Assembly (NCBI GenBank): GCA_023898525.1 | Contig: CP060227.1 | Span: 85,079-149,078 of the forward strand | DNA length: 64,000 bases | Origin: Candidatus Nomurabacteria bacterium | Lineage (GTDB): Bacteria; Patescibacteriota; Minisyncoccia; Phycocordibacterales; UBA918 | Direction of reading: 5' to 3' | In this document: in pieces, positions 47,258 to 58,512 of the stretch | How the letters are laid out: the number at the start of each line of letters is the position of its first letter | Numbering within the stretch: the stretch's first letter is position 1 | Position numbers and translations under genes: made by a program | Notes under the pieces: generated by a model | Databases searched by the model: none | What the model was told of the DNA's origin: nothing | The model's input: only the letters and a program-made list of their open reading frames with translations

Positions 47258-48220
47258 TTAGAGTTTTAATCCGATCACTTCCCGCACCCTATCCATAGTT
47301 TGTCCCGATATCTTTTGTGCTTTTTCTACTCCCTCGGCCAAAACATTTTTTACTTGTGCATCACTTATACCGTCTCTTTTTTCTCGCATTGGTGCAACCA
47401 GAGCCTCGATATCGGCAAATAATAATTCCTTCAAGACCTTGTACTTGCCTTTGTTTTCCTCATACAAAGCATCAAGATCAACTATGTCTTTACCAGTAGC
47501 TTCATGAACAACTTTGTGGATACTGTAGACATTTTCCGGACGATCACCAGTAGAATCTGTCACTATGCCCATCACCGCTTTTTTAATTTCTTCCGAAGAG
47601 CCAAATAACGGAATAGTGTTTTTATAACTCTTGCTCATCTTTTGTCCGTCCGTTCCCGGCACCACCCCCACCCCTTTCACAATCATTTCTTTTGGTTCTT
47701 TCAAGACGTCCCCGTAGGTGTTATTAAACTTAGTCACCGCCTCGCGAGTATACTCAATATGCTGTCTCTGATCTTCGCCCACCGGCACTAAATCGGTATC
47801 GTAAAGCACAATGTCTCCAGCCATCAGCATTGGATAAGTAAATAGTCCCGCATTTGCTTCAAGACCTTTAGCAACTTTATCTTTGTATGAATGAGCCTGC
47901 ATCAAAAACGGCACTGTTACCATGCAGTTCAGTACCCAACCCATTTCCGTATGATCCGGATTGTCAGACTGTCTAAAAAGTGTAACTTTGTTCGGATCAA
48001 CTCCCGCTGCCAGATAGTCACGAACAATTTGGTAAACGTTATCACGCAACGTCTTTGCATCCTTAACAGAGGTCAAAGCATGGTAATCAGCTACCATTAA
48101 GAAGACTTCATTATTTTCATCATTCGTTAGATCAACCAGTGGTTTCAAAGCCCCGAAGTAATTACCAATATGCAAAACTCCCGAAGGCTGGAGTCCAGTT
48201 AAAATACGCTTTTTTGCCAT
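47258..48220 (-). CDS. trpS: Tryptophan--tRNA ligase.
   Basis: HIGNYFGA and KMSKS motifs. Confidence 0.9.
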   Translation of the reverse strand: MAKKRILTGLQPSGVLHIGNYFGALKPLVDLTNDENNEVFLMVADYHALTSVKDAKTLRDNVYQIVRDYLAAGVDPNKVTLFRQSDNPDHTEMGWVLNCMVTVPFLMQAHSYKDKVAKGLEANAGLFTYPMLMAGDIVLYDTDLVPVGEDQRQHIEYTREAVTKFNNTYGDVLKEPKEMIVKGVGVVPGTDGQKMSKSYKNTIPLFGSSEEIKKAVMGIVTDSTGDRPENVYSIHKVVHEATGKDIVDLDALYEENKGKYKVLKELLFADIEALVAPMREKRDGISDAQVKNVLAEGVEKAQKISGQTMDRVREVIGLKL

Positions 48221-48222
48221 GA

Positions 48223-49944
48223 TTAGATTATACTACCAGAAAAGCTCAGGTGCTCAAAACCAAAACATTTAAGAAGCGGCAACTCAAGCACAAACTTAGA
48301 TCCTTTCCCTTCACCTTCTGAAGACGCTGTAATAGTACCACCCATTGCTTCAATGATCTTAAGAGCCATATAAAGACCCAGACCGGTCCCTTGAATATTT
48401 ACCTTGTGCGCATTATCGGCTCGCTCAAATTTTTGGAAGATGGTATTTAAAGTTTTTTCACTCATACCAATACCAGTATCAATCACCTCTACGTAAATCC
48501 TTTTTTTAACTTGGTCATCACGCACCAAAACATTAACACTGCCTTTGGGGGTATACTTTAGTGAATTATTGATTAAGTTATGAATTGCCTGCACCACCTT
48601 TCCAACATCAGCGTTTACAATACCGCTCGTGGTCATATCTGTTTTAAACATGAGTAACAACCCACGTTTAATAGCTTCCTGGCGTGAGTCGTTGGCAATA
48701 CGCTCCACCTCATTACGTAGATTAAAATCAACCTTCTCGTATTTCATATTGCCAGACTCAATCCTAGATACGTTTAAGTATTCCTCTATTGACTGCGTCA
48801 TCAATCTGGCTGATTGGTAAATACGCTCAGTCGATTCTTTTGCCTTGGCTGGCAATTTACCAAAACCACCCTCACGAAGCATTGAAGCGTAGCCACTAAT
48901 AACAGTGAGCGGACTGCGTAGCTGATGGGACGCAATTGAGACAAACTCAGACTTTTGCTTGTCCAGCTCACGCAAGCGGGTGTTGGCCTGCTTGAGCCGC
49001 TTGGCCAAACGTTCGATCTCTTGGCGCTGCCTAATCTCACGCCTTATCGATTTAATCAACGCATAACCGAAGATGAATAAGAAAAATAAAGTTACAGACA
49101 CAATAACTTGAACAATTTCAATCTTCCTAATAAATAAAAGAGAGAAAACAAAAATCCAGAGCCCTATCACCAAAGCAACAGGGGCGGCCAAGTTTACATT
49201 AAAGGCTTTATATTTTACACTCGTAAAAGCAATCGAAAACATAAAGGCTACCATACCAAACAACCCATACATCTCTAACCTAGAATCTGGTAATATACCT
49301 AAATTAACCAAATATGTTATTAGAAAAACTATTGAAAAGAATAGAAATAAAAATAACTCTATACCAATTCCCACATATAGGATTTGCTTCTTCACATCTT
49401 CCTCCACCTCTCTCCTATACCCATTAACCATCAAAACAAGAACCCAGACCATGGCAAGAACCCCAAGTAAAGTGTAGTACACCTTATAAGCGATCCCTTC
49501 AAAAGCAAATGAATCGCAGTTTGTTAAATCAAAACCGCTAACACTTAAATCGGTAGGTGCAAACAAAAACAAAGGAAGGAGCAATAGAGTAAATGCAACT
49601 TTGTAGGAAAATGGAACGTCTTTTTTATTTAAAAATACGTAAACAAAATATATACAAAGAATAGATACCAAGCCAGCAAGTACACCAAACAAAGGCCAAA
49701 TAAAAGCTATAATCTCAGCATTAATGATAGTCCACGCAATTAAACTTATAGTTATCCAGGCAGAAAAACAAAGTGAGATAAACAGTAATAGTTTATTCAA
49801 AAGTGAGTGTCTATCATTAAAATACACATACAAACCTATTGATAGAAAGAGTAAAATTGTTGGTATGTGCGAATAGTACAACAATAAAGGAACATCAGAA
49901 GAGAAGATTAGATAGGTCGGTTCTGGATATAAATAGCAGATCAT
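48223..49944 (-). CDS. Sensor histidine kinase with a ~7-TM N-terminal domain.
   Basis: HisKA H-box SHQLRSPLT; HATPase_c G-boxes GLGLYMALKIIEAMGG. Confidence 0.8.
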   Translation of the reverse strand: MICYLYPEPTYLIFSSDVPLLLYYSHIPTILLFLSIGLYVYFNDRHSLLNKLLLFISLCFSAWITISLIAWTIINAEIIAFIWPLFGVLAGLVSILCIYFVYVFLNKKDVPFSYKVAFTLLLLPLFLFAPTDLSVSGFDLTNCDSFAFEGIAYKVYYTLLGVLAMVWVLVLMVNGYRREVEEDVKKQILYVGIGIELFLFLFFSIVFLITYLVNLGILPDSRLEMYGLFGMVAFMFSIAFTSVKYKAFNVNLAAPVALVIGLWIFVFSLLFIRKIEIVQVIVSVTLFFLFIFGYALIKSIRREIRQRQEIERLAKRLKQANTRLRELDKQKSEFVSIASHQLRSPLTVISGYASMLREGGFGKLPAKAKESTERIYQSARLMTQSIEEYLNVSRIESGNMKYEKVDFNLRNEVERIANDSRQEAIKRGLLLMFKTDMTTSGIVNADVGKVVQAIHNLINNSLKYTPKGSVNVLVRDDQVKKRIYVEVIDTGIGMSEKTLNTIFQKFERADNAHKVNIQGTGLGLYMALKIIEAMGGTITASSEGEGKGSKFVLELPLLKCFGFEHLSFSGSII

Positions 49945-49969
49945 AATAAATCAATAAATTAAAAAAACA

Positions 49970-50314
49970 TCATTGCGTATAACATTCGTTACTCAAGTCA
50001 TTCTTATCACAATAAGTGATTACACAGTCACTGCCTTCAATATCACACAAAATTGATGTATCACACATAGAAGCGTTCTCACCACAAACTTCAGACAAAA
50101 CCCTGGCGTTACTTTCTACGTAATTGTAATAGTAATAGTATTCACAAAGATCGTCCTCACAGCCCACAAAACAGCTATTTATTTCAGGATTACAATCAGC
50201 TTCGTACAAAACTCGATAATCAAGAATTACAGCAAATCTATAATAAGATGCCCCAATAGCCAGGAGCAAAAAAATAAGTATTATGTAAAAAAAATAATTA
50301 GTTTTAAAGTGCAT
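49970..50314 (-). CDS. Small secreted cysteine-rich protein (10 Cys, poly-Tyr stretch).
   Basis: Signal/TM segment, then CNPEINSCFVGCEDDLCEYYYYY... Confidence 0.5.
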   Translation of the reverse strand: MHFKTNYFFYIILIFLLLAIGASYYRFAVILDYRVLYEADCNPEINSCFVGCEDDLCEYYYYYNYVESNARVLSEVCGENASMCDTSILCDIEGSDCVITYCDKNDLSNECYTQ

Positions 50315-50383
50315 AATTGCTACACCCTATATTTCTCAGTATAGCAAGCTACTATACTAAAACACATAAAGTAATGCACAACA

Positions 50384-51301
50384 CTAAAACAACAGCAATA
50401 TGTATGTGCCTATACCAGTTATAAATATAGCCAGTAGTTTTTGAAAAATGTATTTAACATGAATATTTTCTACAGAGATTTTTCGGAAAAATATAGTCAG
50501 GATAATTCCTATTATTAAAACAAAAATTGACTGAAAAGACTGAGTTAACAATATTAAAGATATCGGAGCCAACATATAAGCAAACGCAAACACTGCATTA
50601 CCAGACATATACAGAACTTCATTGAGAACGTTTAGAGAAATAATGGCTCTGGAATTTTGTTTAAAAGCGGTAATAAAATGCTTGCGATACTCCTTTATAA
50701 ATATAAATATTCCTACACCTATTACTGTTAGCATTAAGTGCTCCCAAAACAAGGATTTAATAACATTCTCCTCCAATGCAACATACTTAAAGATAACAGA
50801 ACCTAAAGCCCAGAAAAACGAGGCTGCTGTCATCAAAGCTATGGTTTTCTTTCTAAGTTTAAAATTATTTTCACTGTCTATCTCTATAGAGATAATAGAG
50901 GTACCAAAAATAATAATAGCCATTGCAAGCAGCTGCGTAGTAGTTAGCTGCTCTCCTAATACAAAATATCCAAGTATGTATCCAAAAACAGGAACTAGTT
51001 GGTAAAATACAATAGTTATCGACGCCTCATCGTCCTTTAGGGCCAAGAAGTAGAATAGTAAAACCAGTATGTTTAAAACACTAACCACCGAAAGTGCTAC
51101 AGCACTCTTTAAATCCACAGAAAGAACAGTAGGGTCAAGTGTGAACAAGATCGGTAAAGCCAAAATCGATAACAGGGACGAAAAAAGCAGTAATGTTCCT
51201 ACCCCGCTAACTTTGAAGTACTTCTCTAACAATATTTTATCAAGATGATTTGTTAGAGCATATAAAAAGGGGCCAATTAGGGCAATAAAAAACCAAGTCA
51301 T
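50384..51301 (-). CDS. EamA/DMT-family transporter.
   Basis: Ten TM helices in two EamA-like repeats. Confidence 0.65.
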   Translation of the reverse strand: MTWFFIALIGPFLYALTNHLDKILLEKYFKVSGVGTLLLFSSLLSILALPILFTLDPTVLSVDLKSAVALSVVSVLNILVLLFYFLALKDDEASITIVFYQLVPVFGYILGYFVLGEQLTTTQLLAMAIIIFGTSIISIEIDSENNFKLRKKTIALMTAASFFWALGSVIFKYVALEENVIKSLFWEHLMLTVIGVGIFIFIKEYRKHFITAFKQNSRAIISLNVLNEVLYMSGNAVFAFAYMLAPISLILLTQSFQSIFVLIIGIILTIFFRKISVENIHVKYIFQKLLAIFITGIGTYILLLF

Positions 51302-51304
51302 AAT

Positions 51305-52219
51305 TTATGTTTGCATTATTTTATACTTTTTTAAAAAATCAACTGGTCTATAACTGAGCTTATTTGATCTCAATCCTTTAACCCCAAGATCCTGTTCCCA
51401 ATTCCAATAGACAACTGAATTTTTGTGCAGATATTCAGCAATCTTTTCATTCATAAACTCATAAATACCGCGGTAAGTTATATCAGCCTTAACAAAGTGG
51501 GATGTTGCATAACCAGCAACAAGAATTTCGTCTATGCTGAAGGCTCTAATTTTACCATCAAGAGTTAATGTAGAAATGACTATATTCTCATCTCTACGTA
51601 ATGTATCCACAAGTCTTTTAAGTCCAATCTTCTCTTGTAATTTAGCATCGCTCTTACCATTGGAGATCTTATTTTTTTCCCAATCCTCTACTAACAACAA
51701 AAGGCGATTAACATCTCCTATATCATCATATCTAAAGACCTCAAAGACCGCATCTGGATTATTGTTTAAAAAAATTCTTGATAAATGCTTTTTTGTTTTA
51801 TACTTGCGACCCTCTAGATACGATAACTCGGACACGTCAAAAATGTAATCGAAATTATCGATATCTTCTTCGATGAGAAACTCTGTGTCTACCGGCAACT
51901 GATCTACAACCTCTTGTGGAACTAAGCTCAGGGTTGACGATAACCCTTCGGCTTTAGCCCAATTTATTAACGCTACTATTGTATTCTCAGTACTATTAGT
52001 ACCCAGAAAAGACAAAAAGGGGTAATTGGTCTCGTAATCAGTGAAATATACAACCAGGTTACCATTGAGAACAGACACCTGCCTTTCGTTATTAATACTC
52101 CATGACCACAAACTAGTGAAATTAAAATCTGAATAAGGTTTATACCTATTGGTGTACGAATCAATCTCTGGCTTATCACTCAATTCTATTTTTTTAAAAT
52201 TCGGAAACTGTGGAATCAT
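51305..52219 (-). CDS. Hypothetical protein, possibly DUF2156/aminoacyl-phosphatidylglycerol-synthase C-terminal-like.
   Basis: Soluble ~300-aa ORF; only a weak recollection of the family. Confidence 0.35.
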   Translation of the reverse strand: MIPQFPNFKKIELSDKPEIDSYTNRYKPYSDFNFTSLWSWSINNERQVSVLNGNLVVYFTDYETNYPFLSFLGTNSTENTIVALINWAKAEGLSSTLSLVPQEVVDQLPVDTEFLIEEDIDNFDYIFDVSELSYLEGRKYKTKKHLSRIFLNNNPDAVFEVFRYDDIGDVNRLLLLVEDWEKNKISNGKSDAKLQEKIGLKRLVDTLRRDENIVISTLTLDGKIRAFSIDEILVAGYATSHFVKADITYRGIYEFMNEKIAEYLHKNSVVYWNWEQDLGVKGLRSNKLSYRPVDFLKKYKIMQT

Positions 52220-52230
52220 TTTTACTGGAA

Positions 52231-52647
52231 TTAGTAAATATTGTTTACCGGGTACTTTGTTCCTCTTTTTTGTATAAAGAATTCATAATCTTTAATGCAA
52301 AAAGCGGTAACTAATTCCGAAATTAACTTATCTGAATCTAATTCATTCTGACAAGTGTACAAATCAATAGTAACAAAACCTCGATTAGGAAATGTATGGA
52401 AACTTAAATGACTTTCAGCTATTAAAACAAAGCCACTAAGACCTCCTGGATCTTTGCGGTTTTTCGGACCTACTTCCACTACCAATGGATTAGAAATCGC
52501 ATGCATACCCATTGCTACAGGTATATTTTTAAGCATATCTAAAAGAGACTCCTTGTCTTTAAGTTTACTTAAATCAGCTCCATACCCGTCCAGCATGAGA
52601 TGAATTCCAAATTGTTCAACATTAGTTTTATTTTCCATATGACACAC
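52231..52647 (-). CDS. speH: S-adenosylmethionine decarboxylase proenzyme (class 1, SpeH-type, pyruvoyl-dependent).
   Basis: GFVLIAESHLSFHTFPNRGFVTIDLYTCQ matches the SpeH self-cleavage ES motif. Confidence 0.75.
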   Translation of the reverse strand: MCHMENKTNVEQFGIHLMLDGYGADLSKLKDKESLLDMLKNIPVAMGMHAISNPLVVEVGPKNRKDPGGLSGFVLIAESHLSFHTFPNRGFVTIDLYTCQNELDSDKLISELVTAFCIKDYEFFIQKRGTKYPVNNIY

Positions 52648-52733
52648 GTATTGTAAGCCACTTTAGTGGTAACTGTTTCTTAATGATAAATATACTCCAT
52701 AATTATCATTTTGTCAATACCAAATATTAGGCC

Positions 52734-53219
52734 TTACACAAAAGCCAAAATCAGAAGCGGGAGAACCATCCAGGCGAAGAAATATTCCTGTGGAGCAAAC
52801 AGAGATTGGATTGGTGTACCCGGAGTCAAAAGCTCGGTCACTGGCAAAATATTAAAACTAAAAATCATTACCAAAACAGTGGCACTTAGCGCCAGCACTA
52901 TCTTTTTAAAAAAACTCTCAAATTTACCCTCATCATATTCACGCGGCATCAGTCGTTTGAAAAGTAGCGTGGCAAAAATAGTAAGGACCACAAAAAACAT
53001 GAGCTTCATGACGGCCACGACAATTGGTTTTTCAATATCTCCTAAGAGAACATCATAGTATGGAAATTGGATGGTCAGAAGCAGTGATAAATAAAGACCA
53101 GCAATAATATTGATAAGCATCTGCCGACCGGAGAAAACCGCTAACGCAAAAAATACAAAAAATACCACCAGCAAATAAGCTGACTCTGATAAAAAATGTA
53201 AAATAACAGTGGTGTCCAT
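52734..53219 (-). CDS. Hypothetical 5-TM membrane protein.
   Basis: Hydrophobic ORF. Confidence 0.5.
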   Translation of the reverse strand: MDTTVILHFLSESAYLLVVFFVFFALAVFSGRQMLINIIAGLYLSLLLTIQFPYYDVLLGDIEKPIVVAVMKLMFFVVLTIFATLLFKRLMPREYDEGKFESFFKKIVLALSATVLVMIFSFNILPVTELLTPGTPIQSLFAPQEYFFAWMVLPLLILAFV

Positions 53220-53376
53220 GCTCTAAGGGCGAGCACTTCGTGCTCGTCCTTACATTATATTCCCTCTCAACCACGCATTCTTCATTTTTTATCATTGGTT
53301 TGGGATAACTAAAAGGCTTTGTGGAGAAAGAAGAAAAATAATCTCCACAAAGCCTTTTGATATAATACGAGCCCAT

Positions 53377-54600
53377 TCAGTAGAGCTCATTTATAAACAC
53401 CCTTACGTTCTCAAACCTACGCTTGCCAAACTCATCGTATTTAAGGAATGCAACAACACGATGTAGCGGGTTTTGCTTATAGGTAATCTGTACCGCATAG
53501 ACTACCTGTCCATCATGGAACTCAAATGCCATAGCATAAGTATCCCAATCGGGACCAAATACGTCCTGACGATAAACAAAAGTAAGCCAGTCGTTCAGAA
53601 TAACATTCTTTGCTCTACCGTCATCATAGGCATAGTTTATCATGTCATTCCTAGCCCTGTCTGCCTGGTAATTATTACCAGGCACTGGGATTTTGAACTT
53701 CACCCCTGATAGTAAAGTGGTGACAGCAAAAATATTGCTATCATACAGAAAACTATTTTTAATATCTGTATTGTACCACTTCCCGTTGTGTACATGAGAC
53801 AACCAATTCGGTGGTATCCAACCGGCGCTGATTGCTTGGGTCGGAGTTTTTCGCTCTCCACCCATCTCAAACCAGACAGTGGATAAAGGTGCATTACCCT
53901 TCATAACAAATTCTTGTTTGCTACCAGGAGTAGGTACCTCGACGATAAACGTCTTCCCACGATCATCTACCACCAAGAAAGGCGATAAATATCCTGCCAC
54001 CATAGAAAGGTTCAGTGTTTGCTGGTTAGGATTTACTCCTACCGAAATATTAGAAGGCCCGTATTTTGTAGCGCTCCAATGAAACTTAGCTTCAGCAATT
54101 TCAGCAATTACTGTTCCAATCTCTATATCCTTAAAACTATACTGATAACCAACATAATCAGTTACCAGCGAGGTAATATTCAGATGGAATTGCAAGTCCA
54201 GGTAATCACCATCATGCGAAAGATACGGTATTCTATGCCTAGTAACAAACTCTCTTCCCAGTTCTTTGGGTGTACTTTGTCTATTAAAGTCATAATAGAC
54301 AATCTGCCCATCCCCTGGCATGAGTAGTTGCACAAAGTAATATATACTATCTTCCTCTTCACACACGCTACGCAAATCTACACCTAACCGGTTCATATGT
54401 GTAACCGAGTTGTATTCCAGATGATACGTATGACCATCAAAGACCCAACCTTTTTTATCACAGGTTTGCCAGGGTTGGTTCAGATCAACTGGATATATCA
54501 TATGACCAGTTAATCTAGCTTCCTTGGCCTGACCGGCAAAGCTGCTATTATTAAGAATAAGAAAAAGACAAAACAAAAAAAATAATAAGTATTTTTTCAC
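53377..54600 (-). CDS. Hypothetical secreted protein, 407 aa.
   Basis: Signal peptide MKKYLLFFLFCLFLILNNSSFA. Confidence 0.55.
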   Translation of the reverse strand: MKKYLLFFLFCLFLILNNSSFAGQAKEARLTGHMIYPVDLNQPWQTCDKKGWVFDGHTYHLEYNSVTHMNRLGVDLRSVCEEEDSIYYFVQLLMPGDGQIVYYDFNRQSTPKELGREFVTRHRIPYLSHDGDYLDLQFHLNITSLVTDYVGYQYSFKDIEIGTVIAEIAEAKFHWSATKYGPSNISVGVNPNQQTLNLSMVAGYLSPFLVVDDRGKTFIVEVPTPGSKQEFVMKGNAPLSTVWFEMGGERKTPTQAISAGWIPPNWLSHVHNGKWYNTDIKNSFLYDSNIFAVTTLLSGVKFKIPVPGNNYQADRARNDMINYAYDDGRAKNVILNDWLTFVYRQDVFGPDWDTYAMAFEFHDGQVVYAVQITYKQNPLHRVVAFLKYDEFGKRRFENVRVFINELY

Positions 54601-54769
54601 TTTTTACCTCCTTTAAGGTAAATATTTATCAAAGAACCAAAATCCAACTACTACATTGGTGTTTTATTTATAACACTAATTTACAATAAAGGCAAGTCGG
54701 GTAAGAACCCCGATGTTGATTAAAAACAGAGACCCACAGAAAAATAATAAGCTTGAGTCTTTTTTTATA

Positions 54770-55834
54770 TTAAACCCCTTCCCCTCGCAATTCTTCTACT
54801 AATTTTTCCGCTTTTCGGGATAGCTTTTTCGGCATCTCTATCTTTATGCGCACCATAAAGTCACCACGACCACGCTCAGTTGGCACCCCTTTATCTTTGA
54901 TTCTAAGCAGCTCACCGTGAGTTATGCCGGCTGGCACCTTAAGATCCATAGTTCCATCGAGCGTAGTGACTTTATAGACTCCGCCTAAGAGCGCGTCAGT
55001 CAGCTTTATCGGCAAATCAGTAAGCAAAGTAGTTCCTTCACGCCTAATATTTTTATCGGCTTCTACATGTAGCTTTATGTACAGGTCACCTGGCTGGCCG
55101 TTTGGCATCGCCTCACCACGACCAGTCATCCGCACCACTTCGCCGTTTTCTATACCAGCTGGAATCTTGATCTCTACTTCCTCCTGAGCCCGAGTCACGC
55201 CAGCTCCGGCACAGTGAGGACACCGCTCTTTAGGTATTTCGCCACGACCGTGACAGACACTACATTCACGTACAGTGGTAAAGTTACCCATAATACTCTG
55301 CCTGGTTTCGCGAATCTTGCCGTGACCGCTACAGGTGGTGCAGGTAGTCATACCAGCACCTTTCTTGGCGCCATTTCCCCCACATTCGGTACAAAGCGAA
55401 TTTTTAGTAATCAGCACTTTGCGAGTAGTACCAAAAACCGCTTCCTTGAAACTTAAGTTTATCTCAATTGACACATCACGTCCCCGAGCCTGATTGGCAC
55501 GCCCGCCACCAAAACCAAAGTTCTCAAAAATATCACTGATATCGAACTCAAAACCTTGACCACCAGCAAAACCACCCTGACCGGGAAAATCCGCCCAGTT
55601 AAAACCACCTTGGCCTCCAGCCGCCCCATTAAAGGCATGTCCATAACTGTCATACTCAGCCTTCTTCTTCTCATCTCCCAAAACTGCGTACGCTTCAGTG
55701 ATTTCTTTATACTTAGCCTCGTCACCAGTCTTTTTGTCTGGATGATACTGAGCTGCCAATTTTCTAAAGGCTTTTTTAACCTCATCTTTTGAAGCCCCTT
55801 TCTGCAACCCCAAGATTTGATAGTAATCTTTCAT
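54770..55834 (-). CDS. dnaJ: Chaperone DnaJ.
   Basis: J domain with HPD; four CxxCxGxG repeats. Confidence 0.9.
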   Translation of the reverse strand: MKDYYQILGLQKGASKDEVKKAFRKLAAQYHPDKKTGDEAKYKEITEAYAVLGDEKKKAEYDSYGHAFNGAAGGQGGFNWADFPGQGGFAGGQGFEFDISDIFENFGFGGGRANQARGRDVSIEINLSFKEAVFGTTRKVLITKNSLCTECGGNGAKKGAGMTTCTTCSGHGKIRETRQSIMGNFTTVRECSVCHGRGEIPKERCPHCAGAGVTRAQEEVEIKIPAGIENGEVVRMTGRGEAMPNGQPGDLYIKLHVEADKNIRREGTTLLTDLPIKLTDALLGGVYKVTTLDGTMDLKVPAGITHGELLRIKDKGVPTERGRGDFMVRIKIEMPKKLSRKAEKLVEELRGEGV

Positions 55835-55895
55835 AAGCGTGACTTAAGCCTCTAATAAACCTGATTATGTCACAAGTGGACAAAACCTGCAAAAA

Positions 55896-57806
55896 CTATT
55901 TTTTGTCTTCTGGCTTCTCTTCAGTTGCTTCTGCATCACGAACCTTATCTTCAGCTGTTCCTTCTGTTTTAGACCCCTCTTCGGTCTTTTCAGCCGCAGC
56001 CTCGTTAGCCTTCTGCATTATTTCGCCAATTTTTTGTAGCGAAGCGGATAGTTCTTCGGTCTTAGCCTCTATGGCAGCCTTATCGTCATTTCCCTTAACT
56101 TCGTTTAAAGCTTTGATCTTATCCTCAATTTCAGTCTTAGTTTCAGCCGGTACTTTATCACCATGATCCTTAAGAGATTTTTCAGCGGTGTAAATAAGCT
56201 GCTCAGCGTGATTTCGTGTCTCAATCAAAGCTTTCTTCTTCTCATCTTCACCAGCATGCTCTTCAGCTTCTTTCTTCATGCGTTCAATATCGTCTTCACT
56301 CAAACCAGAGTTGGCCTCAATTCTAATTGATTGTTCTTTACCAGTTGATTTGTCCTTGGCTGTCACATTTAGAACACCGTTGCTATCAACATCGAAAGTA
56401 ACCTCAACTTGCGGCACACCACGTGGTGCTGGTGGAATACCATCTAGTACAAATTTACCAAGTGACTTATTGTCTGTTGCCATTGGACGTTCACCCTGAA
56501 CGATATGGATTTCGGTTGAGGTTTGGTTATCGGCAGCGGTTGAGAAGACTTGCTGTTTTTTGGTTGGAATATGTGTGTTTTTTTCGATCAACTTTGTGTT
56601 AACACCGCCCATAGTCTCAATACCCAGTGAAAGCGGAATCACATCCACCAGAGTAATATCCTGCACATCGCCCTGGAAAATACCAGCCTGAATGGCTGCT
56701 CCGAGCGCTACCACCTCATCCGGGTTTACACTCTTATTTGGCTCCTTACCAAATAGCTCCTTCACTGCATTTTGTATAGCTGGCATTCTGGTCTGCCCAC
56801 CTACCAGTATGATCTCGTCAACCTCGTCTTTCTTTACTCCTGAAGCCTCAAGTGCGCGCTTAGTGATCTCAATAGAGCGGTCAATGTATTCGCTAGCAAT
56901 ATCCTCTAACTTAGCACGAGTAAGTTTAATATCCATGTGCAAGGGACCATCTGAACCTTGAGAAATAAACGGAATATTTATATCGGATTCAGCGGTTGAA
57001 GACAAATCATGCTTAGCTTTTTCAGCCGCTTCATCTAGTCGCTGCAATGCCAACTTGTCCTTACTTAAGTCTACACCACTGTCTTTTTTGAATTCCTCAA
57101 TCAAGAAACGCACAATGCCTTGATCTATATCTCGTCCACCCATGTGAGCATCTCCGTCAGTTGATTGGACCTCTACCACATCGTCACCTACTTCCAGCAC
57201 AGTCACATCAAAAGTACCACCACCAAAATCGTAGACAACGATCTTCTCTTCCTTTTTCTTATTAAAACCATACGCGAGCGCAGCGGCTGTTGGCTCGTTG
57301 ATGATACGTTTCACCTCCAGTCCTGCGATCTTTCCAGCATCTTGAGTTGCTTTACGTTGCGTATCATTAAAGTAAGCTGGCACGGTAATAACCGCTTCAG
57401 TGATTTTTTCACCCAATTTAGCCTCAGCGTCAGCCTTCAGTTTAGACAAAATCATCGCCGACACCTCTTCTGGTCGATAGTCCTTATCACCCATCTTTAC
57501 CAAAGCACCACCATCCTCGCCTTTTTTAACCTCATACGGAACAATCTCTTTGTCTTTCTGCACCGCCTCCTCGTCATAAGTATGACCCATAAAGCGCTTA
57601 ATTCCGTAAATAGTATTAGTTGGATTGGTTACCGCTTGACGCTTGGCAATCTGCCCCACCAATCTTTCACCAGTCTTAGAGATAGCGACAATCGAAGGAG
57701 TGGTTCGGTTACCATCGCTGTTTTCTATAATGCTTGGTTCACCAGCCTCGATAATAGCCATCGCTGAGTTAGTTGTACCAAGATCGATTCCAAGTATTTT
57801 TGCCAT
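55896..57806 (-). CDS. dnaK: Chaperone DnaK (Hsp70).
   Basis: IDLGTTNS and DLGGGTFD motifs; EEVD-like acidic C-terminus. Confidence 0.95.
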   Translation of the reverse strand: MAKILGIDLGTTNSAMAIIEAGEPSIIENSDGNRTTPSIVAISKTGERLVGQIAKRQAVTNPTNTIYGIKRFMGHTYDEEAVQKDKEIVPYEVKKGEDGGALVKMGDKDYRPEEVSAMILSKLKADAEAKLGEKITEAVITVPAYFNDTQRKATQDAGKIAGLEVKRIINEPTAAALAYGFNKKKEEKIVVYDFGGGTFDVTVLEVGDDVVEVQSTDGDAHMGGRDIDQGIVRFLIEEFKKDSGVDLSKDKLALQRLDEAAEKAKHDLSSTAESDINIPFISQGSDGPLHMDIKLTRAKLEDIASEYIDRSIEITKRALEASGVKKDEVDEIILVGGQTRMPAIQNAVKELFGKEPNKSVNPDEVVALGAAIQAGIFQGDVQDITLVDVIPLSLGIETMGGVNTKLIEKNTHIPTKKQQVFSTAADNQTSTEIHIVQGERPMATDNKSLGKFVLDGIPPAPRGVPQVEVTFDVDSNGVLNVTAKDKSTGKEQSIRIEANSGLSEDDIERMKKEAEEHAGEDEKKKALIETRNHAEQLIYTAEKSLKDHGDKVPAETKTEIEDKIKALNEVKGNDDKAAIEAKTEELSASLQKIGEIMQKANEAAAEKTEEGSKTEGTAEDKVRDAEATEEKPEDKK

Positions 57807-57849
57807 AAAATAAGTAGTTAAATTAAAAATTTATAATTAAACATTCTGA

Positions 57850-58452
57850 TTAACCTTTCAAAATTCCAGTAGTAACCCGTGCGTGCCTAATCACCTCAGT
57901 TTGGTCCCCCACTTTCATCTCATAACCATGCTGAACAACCGAAACCACCGTATCAACCATCCTATCGTCGTCCACTTCTTCAGTTCCAATCGCTTCGTCA
58001 CGATACGGGTCAAATTTCTCTCCAGCCGGATTAATCACTTTGACTCCGTAAGACTCCAACAGCCGCATGAGCTGACCGTGTATGCCCTCGATACCAGTGC
58101 GCCAGGCTTTATCAGCCTTTTCCCAGGCTTCCTTGTCTGACATTGCCATTTGAAAACTATCACAAAGTGGCAGTAGCTCTTCTATATGCTTCTTTTGACT
58201 ACGGACTCGGTCGCGAAGTCTTTCTTCTTCCAGTCGTCGGCGGGCATTAAGAAAATCTGCCTTAGCCCGTTGACCTTCCTCAAGGATTTCTCGCTTCTCC
58301 TCATTACAAGCCTTTAGCTTGACCTTGAGTGACTTAATAATATCTTTTTCGTTGTTTTCAATTTCTTCTAAATCAGGTTCCAAAACATCAGTTTCTTCAT
58401 TGGTGATTTCAACATCATCCTGACTTTTATCTTCATTACTTTTGTTCACCAT
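57850..58452 (-). CDS. grpE: Nucleotide exchange factor GrpE.
   Basis: Coiled coil plus a C-terminal beta domain (DPYRDEAIG...). Confidence 0.85.
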   Translation of the reverse strand: MVNKSNEDKSQDDVEITNEETDVLEPDLEEIENNEKDIIKSLKVKLKACNEEKREILEEGQRAKADFLNARRRLEEERLRDRVRSQKKHIEELLPLCDSFQMAMSDKEAWEKADKAWRTGIEGIHGQLMRLLESYGVKVINPAGEKFDPYRDEAIGTEEVDDDRMVDTVVSVVQHGYEMKVGDQTEVIRHARVTTGILKG

Positions 58453-58458
58453 GTCGGC

Positions 58459-58487
58459 ATTATAAATCTGAAAGGGTTGTTTGTCAA
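58459..58487 (-). promoter_or_regulatory. Perfect consensus sigma70 promoter (TTGACA-17-TATAAT) ending 6 nt before the grpE ATG; implies a leaderless transcript.
   Basis: Minus strand TTGACAAACAACCCTTTCAGATTTATAATGCCGAC-ATG. Confidence 0.5.
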
Positions 58488-58512
58488 AAAAGTAAGCATC
58501 GGTCTTTTAAAG

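Noticed and set aside
58453-58512. Looked for a CIRCE (TTAGCACTC-N9-GAGTGCTAA) operator upstream of grpE-dnaK-dnaJ.
   Set aside because: No CIRCE-like inverted repeat is present; only the consensus promoter.
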